Shown here: positions 57,616 to 64,000 of the stretch, one piece after another
How positions within the stretch are numbered: the stretch's first letter is position 1
How the letters are laid out: each line of letters starts with the position of its first letter
Source: Candidatus Avispirillum sp.
GTDB lineage: Bacteria > Bacillota > Clostridia > Oscillospirales > CAG-272
NCBI GenBank assembly: GCA_045597805.1
Contig: JAZLKW010000077.1
Coordinates: 3,792 to 67,791, forward strand
Direction of reading: 5' to 3'
Length of the DNA stretch: 64,000 nucleotides
Notes under the pieces: generated by a model
Databases searched by the model: none
The model's input: only the letters and a program-made list of their open reading frames with translations
What the model was told of the DNA's origin: nothing
Made by a program: the position numbers and the translations under genes

Positions 57616-57796
57616 AATGATATATCTCTGTCGCGATATGATATACTTGCTTCGCAAGTATGATATATTCTCGCTTCGCTCAAATATGAGATAATATCCG
57701 TTCCTAATACGCCGCAGGCATATATCATCGCACGAAGTGCGGTATCATATAGCGCAGCGAATATATCACCCGTTCCGACAGTAACGGATATCATTG
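57616..57796 (-). repeat. Dyad-symmetric TGATATA-box/hairpin array (copy 2, inverted relative to copy 1)
   Basis: TGATAT-type boxes start at 57618, 57639, 57661 and 57687. ATATCA-type boxes start at 57722, 57742, 57763 and 57788. Hairpins are at 57643-57661 and 57729-57741. The core 57685-57716 nearly equals the reverse complement of 128-159. Confidence 0.8.
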
Positions 57797-57826
57797 AAAA
57801 AAGCAAGTCTTTCGACTTGCTTTTTT
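57797..57826 (-). terminator. Terminator downstream of tRNA-Arg
   Basis: aaaaaagcaagtc-tttc-gacttgctttttt (symmetric). Confidence 0.75.
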
Positions 57827-57827
57827 C

Positions 57828-57904
57828 TGGCGTTCCCGGGGAGATTCGAACTCCCGACCTTCCGCTTAGGAGGCGGACGCTCTATCCAGCTGAGCTACGG
57901 AAAC
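57828..57904 (-). tRNA. tRNA-Arg (anticodon CCT), CCA encoded
   Basis: The minus strand reads GTTTCCGTAGCTCAGCTGGATAGAGCGTCCGCCTCCTAAGCGGAAGGTCGGGAGTTCGAATCTCCCCGGGAACGCCA. It has a cloverleaf with acceptor GTTTCCG/CGGGAAC, anticodon loop CTCCTAA and a T-arm GGGAGTTCGAATCTCCC. Confidence 0.93.
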
Positions 57905-57915
57905 ATACCTTTGAC

Positions 57916-57944
57916 AGTATAACAGATGATATCCCATAAATCAA
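57916..57944 (-). promoter_or_regulatory. Dedicated promoter of tRNA-Arg
   Basis: On the minus strand: TTGATT (57939-57944), a 17-nt spacer, then TATACT (57916-57921). The -10 lies ~11 nt upstream of the mature tRNA 5' end. Confidence 0.55.
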
Positions 57945-57970
57945 GACTTATGCGTAAATTTTCAAAAAGA

Positions 57971-57995
57971 AAAGGCTGCGGGATCGCAGCCTTTT
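57971..57995 (-). terminator. Terminator of the 57999-60483 operon
   Basis: aaaaggctgcg-ggat-cgcagcctttt. Confidence 0.75.
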
Positions 57996-57998
57996 GCG

Positions 57999-59087
57999 TT
58001 AATCGGATACTTTGTTCTTATGATCGATCAGGAACGCGTTGGGAAGTATTCTTCCGAGCGTCGGGTTCCACGAGCAGTTATGGGTAATGACCTCGCCCTT
58101 ATAGCCTATTACGCTGGTAGCTCCGCTGTCACAGCTGGACGCGTTGATGACGCCGTATTTCAGGAGTATGTCTGCCATATCACCTACCGTACAGCCGATG
58201 GAATATGAAATATCGCGTCCGTCGATATTGAGGAACACCATGACACCGTCAGCTCTCTGTCCCACAGCCGTTCTGGGCTGAATGCCGTAGCCGTCGGAGC
58301 CCTCCACCATCTTCTCGCCGTTGGCGATGAGCACAGGTCGGAACTGCATTCCGTCACGGATATTTCCGTATGATTCCCAGGAGTTAAGGTTGCCTACAAC
58401 GAGCTTGTTGTCCGTGGTGATGACAATACTGTCATAAAAGGTCACGTAGCTGCCCCAATATGTACCGCGGGAAAGGGACATACCGAGCACCTCGCCGCCG
58501 TTTCCGTTTTCATCGGGATCGGAAAATCCGCTGGCGTTGACACCTGCGACGGCATCGTAGGCTTCCATCATTTCCAGTATTCTCATTCCGGTGACTCCGG
58601 GATATTTCGTCATACCTATGTACACTCTGGAGGGATCGTCCACCAGCATGATCCTGCCTCTATAGGATGGGCCCTCGATGGCTGAAACGAGAATGCCTTC
58701 CTCAATGTCGTTTATGACTATTTCATTGCCGGCAAAATCGTACCCGCCGACCACAAGAAACCTTTGGTTGAGGATATCGTCGACCACCTCTCCGTGAGGT
58801 ACCGTCTCATCAGGCTCCTCAAGGCTCTCCATACCTCCGATGACATCCGAGGTCTTATCATGGTCCGCCATTACGGCGTCGATAATCCCCTGCGGGAACA
58901 GCATTGTGGCAAGCCACTGGTGAGTTTTCGTGGTCATTGCGGTCTCTATCCACACGTCACGCCAGTACTTCACAAAGTGGTTATCGGAATAAACCACTGC
59001 GAGATACGCGGCATTGACCAGCACTATAAGCACCAGAAGCCACGAAATGATCCTCAGCTTTTTCTTATCGTTTCTCTTCCTTTTCAA
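57999..59087 (-). CDS. Phosphodiester glycosidase (DUF2233/NAGPA-like) family protein, membrane anchored
   Basis: N-terminal TM anchor. GVNASGFSD...RTAVGQRADGVMVFLNIDGRD...DSGATSV. Confidence 0.75.
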   Translation of the reverse strand: MKRKRNDKKKLRIISWLLVLIVLVNAAYLAVVYSDNHFVKYWRDVWIETAMTTKTHQWLATMLFPQGIIDAVMADHDKTSDVIGGMESLEEPDETVPHGEVVDDILNQRFLVVGGYDFAGNEIVINDIEEGILVSAIEGPSYRGRIMLVDDPSRVYIGMTKYPGVTGMRILEMMEAYDAVAGVNASGFSDPDENGNGGEVLGMSLSRGTYWGSYVTFYDSIVITTDNKLVVGNLNSWESYGNIRDGMQFRPVLIANGEKMVEGSDGYGIQPRTAVGQRADGVMVFLNIDGRDISYSIGCTVGDMADILLKYGVINASSCDSGATSVIGYKGEVITHNCSWNPTLGRILPNAFLIDHKNKVSD

Positions 59088-60483
59088 CTATCCTGCGCCC
59101 CATCAAAACGCCCATTACACTTGCCATCATCAGCCCGCGTGTCCAGCCGGAACTGTCACCGAGACAATGAAGGCCTTCGATATTCGTATTGAGATTTTCG
59201 TCCATCCGGACTTTATTAGAATAAAATTTAAGTTCGGGACTGTATAAAAGTGTCTCCGTCGATGCAAATCCCGGCACCACCATATCGAGCATCTTTATGA
59301 ACTCTATGATATTGGTCATTGCACGGTACGGCATCGCCGCCGTTATATCGCCGGGAACGGCATCTTTCAGTGTAGGCTTCACGTTGCTGAACATAAGCTC
59401 TTTCGCCCACGTGCGCTTGCCGTCGAGGATATCGCCGTATCTCTGTACGAGAATGTGACCGTTGCCAAGCATATTCGTAAGCTCTCCGACCTTCTGTGCA
59501 TAGGAGATAGGCTGGTTGAACGGCTCCGTGAAATTATGGCTTACGAGGATCGCAAGGTTGGTGTTATCGCTCTTGTTATCCTTATAGCTGTGACCGTTCA
59601 CCACCGCCAGATCGTTATCGTAGGTTTCCTGCGCCACAAATCCGCCGGGATTCTGGCAGAAAGTCCTGACCTTGTTTTTCCACGGCTTCGGATAGCCTAT
59701 AAGCTTGCTTTCGTAGAGCACACGGTTGACCTTTTCCATGACCTCATTGCGGCATTCCACTCTCACGCCTATATCGACGGTGCCGGGCTTGTGTGCTATA
59801 TTATGCTCCGCGCATATTTTTTCAAGCCATTCGGCGCCCCGTCTGCCAGTGGCGATTACCACTCTGTCGGCGTAAAGCTCCACGTTGCCGCCCTTATCGT
59901 CAATGATCACACCGCGGCAGGTACTGCCCTCCAGGATGATATTCTTACATTCAGTTCCGAACATCATTTCGACGCCATGGGATAAGAGCCATTTCTGTAT
60001 ATCGTAATACAGCTTCTGCGCTTTCTCCGTTCCCAGATGTCTTATGGGACAGTCTACAAGCTTCAGGCCCGCCTTTATGGCGTTCTTTCTTATTTCTTTT
60101 ATTTCTTCCCCGTTGCTGATGCCCTCGACCCGGGGGTCAGCGCCGAAATCAAGATAAATCCCGTCGGTATAATTTATAAGCTCCTGCGCGAGCTCCGCGC
60201 CTATAAGATCGGGAAGGTCTCCGCCCACCTCGTAGCTGAGGCTCAGCTTTCCGTCGGAAAATGCGCCCGCACCGGAAAAACCGGTAGTTATGTCACAAGC
60301 GGGCTTGCAGTTCAGGCAGTATCTGGTCTCTGCCTTAGGGCAATGCCTTTTTTCGACGGATTTTCCCTTTTCTATCAGCAGGATTTTAGCACGGCTTCCC
60401 CGCTTGATCATTTCCATAGCAGTAAAAATACCGGCGGGTCCGGCCCCGACAATAATCAGATCATATTTCCGCGAATCATCCAT
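59065..60483 (-). CDS. FAD-dependent oxidoreductase (COG2509-like)
   Basis: YDLIIVGAGPAGIFTAMEM dinucleotide-binding motif. 472 aa. It overlaps the downstream gene by 23 nt. Confidence 0.75.
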   Translation of the reverse strand: MDDSRKYDLIIVGAGPAGIFTAMEMIKRGSRAKILLIEKGKSVEKRHCPKAETRYCLNCKPACDITTGFSGAGAFSDGKLSLSYEVGGDLPDLIGAELAQELINYTDGIYLDFGADPRVEGISNGEEIKEIRKNAIKAGLKLVDCPIRHLGTEKAQKLYYDIQKWLLSHGVEMMFGTECKNIILEGSTCRGVIIDDKGGNVELYADRVVIATGRRGAEWLEKICAEHNIAHKPGTVDIGVRVECRNEVMEKVNRVLYESKLIGYPKPWKNKVRTFCQNPGGFVAQETYDNDLAVVNGHSYKDNKSDNTNLAILVSHNFTEPFNQPISYAQKVGELTNMLGNGHILVQRYGDILDGKRTWAKELMFSNVKPTLKDAVPGDITAAMPYRAMTNIIEFIKMLDMVVPGFASTETLLYSPELKFYSNKVRMDENLNTNIEGLHCLGDSSGWTRGLMMASVMGVLMGRRIVEKEEKR

Positions 60484-60545
60484 TATGTATCATTCCTTTG
60501 ACAATTAATACGGAAGACAGCGGCGTTACCCCTGCCTTACAGTTC

Positions 60546-60574
60546 ATTTTACCATCATACGACACAATTGTCAA
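60546..60574 (-). promoter_or_regulatory. Promoter of the FAD-oxidoreductase operon
   Basis: On the minus strand: TTGACA (60569-60574), a 17-nt spacer, then TAAAAT (60546-60551). Confidence 0.5.
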
Positions 60575-60645
60575 GGAGGAGGCGACGTGTTACTTATTGT
60601 TTACAATATATCTTTTTTTATTTAACAATAATACATTTTCTTCTA

Positions 60646-60674
60646 TTGCAATTAGTCGTGAAATGTGATATCAT
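60646..60674 (+). promoter_or_regulatory. gpsA promoter (extended -10)
   Basis: TTGCAA (60646-60651), a 17-nt spacer, then TGaTATCAT (60666-60674). Confidence 0.5.
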
Positions 60675-60730
60675 ATGATAAGCATATTGCAGGCTGCAGC
60701 AAGATTCAGCCTGAATAAACGGAGTCTTCT

Positions 60731-61738
60731 ATGAAAATTGCTATATTGGGGGCAGGTACCTGGGGTATGGCGCTGGCAAAGCTGCTCTGCGAAAACATGC
60801 ACGACGTCACCGTCTGGTCGGCACTTCCATGTGAGCTTGAGCCTCTGAAATGTGGCGGAGAACATAAAAATCTCCCCGGCGTTGAGATACCGCGCAGCAT
60901 TACATACGAAACGGATATTAAAGCCGCAGTATCTGGAAAAGACGCAGTTCTGTTCACAGTCGCCTCCGCTTACGTGAGATCGACAGCAGCGTCCGCTGCT
61001 CCCTTTCTTTCGGAAGGTCAGCTTCTCATCGACGCCGCCAAGGGTCTTGAGCCTGTAACGCTTTTCTCCATGACCGAGGTCATTGAGGATGAAATAAAAA
61101 AGCAAGGCATCCCTTTCACGCCGAAGCTGATAGCACTTTCGGGCCCGACCCACGCCGAAGAGGTGGCACGGAATATCCCCACGTCGGTGGTGTGTGCCTG
61201 CGAGGATGAAGAATGTGCCGCAAATGCTGCGGAGCTTTTCATGAATTCCTGCATGAGAGTATATACGAACACCGACGTCAAAGGCGTTGAGATATGCGGT
61301 GCTTTCAAGAACATCGTGGCTCTGGCAGCCGGCATGGTACGGGGACTTCAGTACGGCGACAATACTCTTGCCGCTCTCATGACCCGCGGTATCGCCGAAA
61401 TGACGAGAATAGGGCTTGCACTCGGCTGCAAAAGACGTACCTTCATGGGCCTTGCCGGGATAGGAGATCTTATCGTCACCTGTACCTCCCGACACAGCCG
61501 CAACAACAAATGCGGAGAACTTATCGGCGGAGGCATGACCTACGAGGAAGCGTCAAAGGAGGTCGGCATGGTGGTCGAGGGCTACTACGCTCTTGATGCT
61601 GCGGTTGAGCTCGCCGAAAAGTACGGAGTTCAGCTTCCCATAATCAACGGCGTTTATAACGTGATAAAGCGCGGTGCAGACCCCAGAGAGACCGTACAGG
61701 ATCTCATGATGCGTGCCATGCGCTCGGAACTAGACTGA
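60731..61738 (+). CDS. gpsA: NAD(P)H-dependent glycerol-3-phosphate dehydrogenase
   Basis: MKIAILGAGTWGMALA, GPTHAEEV, KNIVALAAG, GDLIVTCTSRHSRN. Confidence 0.95.
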   Translation: MKIAILGAGTWGMALAKLLCENMHDVTVWSALPCELEPLKCGGEHKNLPGVEIPRSITYETDIKAAVSGKDAVLFTVASAYVRSTAASAAPFLSEGQLLIDAAKGLEPVTLFSMTEVIEDEIKKQGIPFTPKLIALSGPTHAEEVARNIPTSVVCACEDEECAANAAELFMNSCMRVYTNTDVKGVEICGAFKNIVALAAGMVRGLQYGDNTLAALMTRGIAEMTRIGLALGCKRRTFMGLAGIGDLIVTCTSRHSRNNKCGELIGGGMTYEEASKEVGMVVEGYYALDAAVELAEKYGVQLPIINGVYNVIKRGADPRETVQDLMMRAMRSELD

Positions 61739-61782
61739 TTATCATTATATATTTAATAAAAAAACAACACAGGAGAAAAAAC

Positions 61783-63312
61783 ATGAAACTCACAAGAATC
61801 ATCTCATTCATTCTTGCTGCGATTATGTGCCTCACATTCCTCGCTTCCTGCGCGGATGAAGGTCCCATCATCGTCACCAACCCCGGCAGCGACACCGGCA
61901 GCGATGAAGGCTTTGTCGAGGCGGACTATGATCAGGAGGACTTCACCTTCCTCTACATCAAGCATTCCGACATCGGCAAGGACTACTACGGCGGAGACTT
62001 CATCTACGCTGAAACCTATACCGGCGACACCATCAGCGACGCTGTGTATGCAAGGAATCTGGCAGTTGAGGGAAAGTACAACGTAAAGATCCAGCAGGAC
62101 CTTGAGATCTACCGCGACCCCGCATCTCTCATCCAGCAAAAGATCATGGCAGGTGAATTTGACCATGACGTTATCTACGGCTGGGCATATAAGCTGGGTG
62201 CATGTATCCCCGAGAACTTCTTCGCAGATTTCAACGAGCTTTCCAACACCGATTTCACAAAGGAATACTGGAGCCCCTCTGCGACCGAGGACCTTACCAT
62301 CAATGACAGACTTTACCTCTGCATCAACGACATTTCCATGAACAAGCTGGAATGGGCGAGCCTCCTGTTCTATAACAAGAACATGGCAGAGGACTACAAC
62401 ATAAACACCGAGTTCGGCTCCTTCTACGATCTCGTAAGAGACGGCAAGTGGACCAACGACGTATTCCTCAAGATGATCCAGTCCGTATCCAACGACCTCA
62501 ACGGTGACGGTATCATCGGCAAGGACGACGTTTACGGCGTGCTCACCGGCAGTGCTGACGGCTCCTGGGCTGTTTCCTGCTCCGATATCCCGCTCACCAA
62601 AAAGAATGACGACGGATCCTACTCTCTCGCATTCTATAATGAGAAGCTTCTGGGCATAATCGATCAGGTATATCCCGTGTTCAGCAACAACAAGTATGTA
62701 AAAGATTACGCCGACATATGGAATGAGGGCGGCATTGACGGCAACGGCGGTTACACCGACCAGTGGGAATACGCTCGTTCCTTCTTCTCTACCGACCACG
62801 CTCTGTTCTGTACGGGCAGCGCATACATCACCAGCGAGTTCCGTAACATGACCTCCTCTTACGGTATCATCCCCTTCCCCAAGTACGATGAAAAGCAGGA
62901 GAACTACTACGCAGGCGTTGACAGCCTCGCTTCCATCTTCGCTCTTCCCGCAACCGTGAGAAACGACGTTTCCACCGCAAGCATGGAGAGAACCGGTACC
63001 ATCCTTGAGTACATGGCATACAAGTCCAATGAACTTCTCCTTCCCGACTATTACGACACCCTCCTCAAGGGTCAGAGAATGGACTCCGAGGAAGACTCCG
63101 AGATGCTTGACATCATCCGCGAGAGCATCCGTTACCAGTTCTGCGCGACCGTAGGCATCACCTCCATCGAAGAAATCATCACCACCATGTTCGAAAAGCC
63201 CACTACTGCTACTTCTACATACAAGCGTAACGAGAAGAAGCTGCAGAAGGCTCTTGATGATTACTACGCAGAAGTCATCATGCTCGAATCCAAGAACGCG
63301 AAAAAAGACTGA
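61783..63312 (+). CDS. Extracellular solute-binding lipoprotein (ABC sugar-binding type), with no adjacent permeases
   Basis: Lipobox LTFLASCAD, GGAG RBS, and SBP-like architecture. Confidence 0.65.
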   Translation: MKLTRIISFILAAIMCLTFLASCADEGPIIVTNPGSDTGSDEGFVEADYDQEDFTFLYIKHSDIGKDYYGGDFIYAETYTGDTISDAVYARNLAVEGKYNVKIQQDLEIYRDPASLIQQKIMAGEFDHDVIYGWAYKLGACIPENFFADFNELSNTDFTKEYWSPSATEDLTINDRLYLCINDISMNKLEWASLLFYNKNMAEDYNINTEFGSFYDLVRDGKWTNDVFLKMIQSVSNDLNGDGIIGKDDVYGVLTGSADGSWAVSCSDIPLTKKNDDGSYSLAFYNEKLLGIIDQVYPVFSNNKYVKDYADIWNEGGIDGNGGYTDQWEYARSFFSTDHALFCTGSAYITSEFRNMTSSYGIIPFPKYDEKQENYYAGVDSLASIFALPATVRNDVSTASMERTGTILEYMAYKSNELLLPDYYDTLLKGQRMDSEEDSEMLDIIRESIRYQFCATVGITSIEEIITTMFEKPTTATSTYKRNEKKLQKALDDYYAEVIMLESKNAKKD

Positions 63313-63322
63313 CAAACAGTAC

Positions 63323-63364
63323 AAAAAAAATGACTGCCCGGCATTGCCGGGCGGTCATTTTTTA
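63323..63364 (+). terminator. Terminator
   Basis: aaaaaaaatgactgcccggc-att-gccgggcggtcatttttt. Confidence 0.85.
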
Positions 63365-63373
63365 TTGCAGTTC

Positions 63374-63403
63374 TTGACACGGACAATAAAAGTATGGTAT
63401 ACT
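63374..63403 (+). promoter_or_regulatory. degV promoter (extended -10)
   Basis: TTGACA (63374-63379), an 18-nt spacer, then TGgTATACT (63395-63403). Confidence 0.5.
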
Positions 63404-63452
63404 AGAGAGGTATTATTGAGCTGTATTTCAAAATTATATGAAAGGCTTTGTA

Positions 63453-64000
63453 ATGGACAGAAAATTCGTGATCCTGACCGATTCCGGCAGCGATATATCA
63501 AAAGAAAATGCAAATAAATGGGGCATCGAGGTGATCCCTCTGCTCTATTCCGTGAACGGCGAAGATCCCATACCCGGAGAAAACGTGGATCTCAAAGCTT
63601 TCTACGAAGAAATCAGGAATGGCGCCGTAACATCCACCTCAGCCTGCAATTATTCGGATGCCTGTGACTATATCAAAAGATTCGCGGACACCGGCTTCGA
63701 CGTCCTCTGTATACCTTTTTCATCAGGGCTTTCCAGCACTCACGGAACGGTGAAGCTTGCCGCAGAAGACCTGTCGGAGATGTATCCGGGCAGAAAGATC
63801 TTGGTCGCAGATGCAAAGTGCGCCTCCTTCGGTCTCGGCCTCATGTGTCTTTGTGCCGCGAAGCTTCGCGATGAGGGAAAGACCATCGACGAGGTTTATG
63901 ATTTTGTTGAAGCCAACGCTCTGCACCTTTGCCACGATTTCACAGTTAATGACCTGTTTTACCTGCAGAAAGGCGGCAGGATATCCGCAGCTACCGCAGT
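63453..64000 (+). CDS. DegV-family fatty-acid-binding protein (3' end outside the window)
   Basis: My own translation: MDRKFVILTDSGSDISKENANKWGIEVIPLLYSVNGE...TSTSACNYSD...IPFSSGLSSTHGT. It is open to the window end and is not in the ORF track because no stop is reached. Confidence 0.85.
   Translation, partial: MDRKFVILTDSGSDISKENANKWGIEVIPLLYSVNGEDPIPGENVDLKAFYEEIRNGAVTSTSACNYSDACDYIKRFADTGFDVLCIPFSSGLSSTHGTVKLAAEDLSEMYPGRKILVADAKCASFGLGLMCLCAAKLRDEGKTIDEVYDFVEANALHLCHDFTVNDLFYLQKGGRISAATA

Noticed and set aside
1-57800. The 57-kb segment bracketed by the two inverted box arrays and ending at a tRNA gene, considered as a genomic island or composite mobile element.
   Set aside because: The interior is dominated by single-copy housekeeping genes (rpoD, dnaG, ileS, rplS, upp, folC, potABCD). 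There are no transposition or conjugation genes, and the only integrase-family gene is embedded in a catabolic operon. The inverted copies are better explained as members of a dispersed repeat family.
60495-60576. An inverted repeat, cctttgacaatt ... aattgtcaagg, in the FAD-oxidoreductase/gpsA intergenic region.
   Set aside because: One arm is the -35 (TTGACA) of the predicted minus-strand promoter and the other lies near the RBS. It has a ~60-nt loop and a bulge. It may be an operator pair or chance, and the support is insufficient for a feature call.

Overview
This is a 64-kb chromosomal segment from a Firmicutes/Clostridia-type genome. Supporting signs are dockerin-tagged secreted enzymes, an ECF folate transporter, and T-box and THF riboswitches. 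A Ruminococcus-like Oscillospiraceae origin is my inference only. Coding density is high and most content is core: dgt-dnaG-rpoD, THF riboswitch-folT-folC, potABCD, rplS, T-box-ileS, upp, gpsA, a stand-alone tRNA-Arg(CCT), two RluA-family genes flanking lnt, and a MATE pump. The accessory-looking content falls into two groups. The first is glycan-utilisation genes: two orphan solute-binding lipoproteins, a nucleoside hydrolase, two DUF4838 proteins, a GH29 fucosidase and dockerin proteins. The second is an ~11-kb cell-surface glycan cluster with wecE, rfbA, rfbB, a polyprenyl-P GT2, an ATP-grasp enzyme, a MOP flippase, an epimerase, a GT-B-like protein and a large polytopic membrane protein. 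I found no CRISPR array, rRNA, prophage, transposase or classical defence island. The most unusual signals are non-coding. (1) A dyad-symmetric array of TGATATA-type boxes interleaved with hairpins occurs twice in inverted orientation, at 11-228 and at 57616-57796 next to the tRNA. (2) A ~260-bp highly structured repeat with terminal inverted repeats occurs three times, each copy abutting a gene 3' end (12616, 27558, 49956). Other points are an EndoA/MazF toxin with no antitoxin ORF, a NERD gene frameshifted in an A6GA6 run, a LytTR plus membrane-protein pair, and a tyrosine recombinase translationally coupled to glycan genes. There is also a long structured potABCD leader and two paralogous uncharacterised polytopic membrane proteins linked to glycan genes. 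I did not find compelling evidence for a completely new multi-gene system, so the candidates are scored modestly. CDS coordinates include the stop codon. Several starts were moved downstream of the ORF-track start on RBS spacing.
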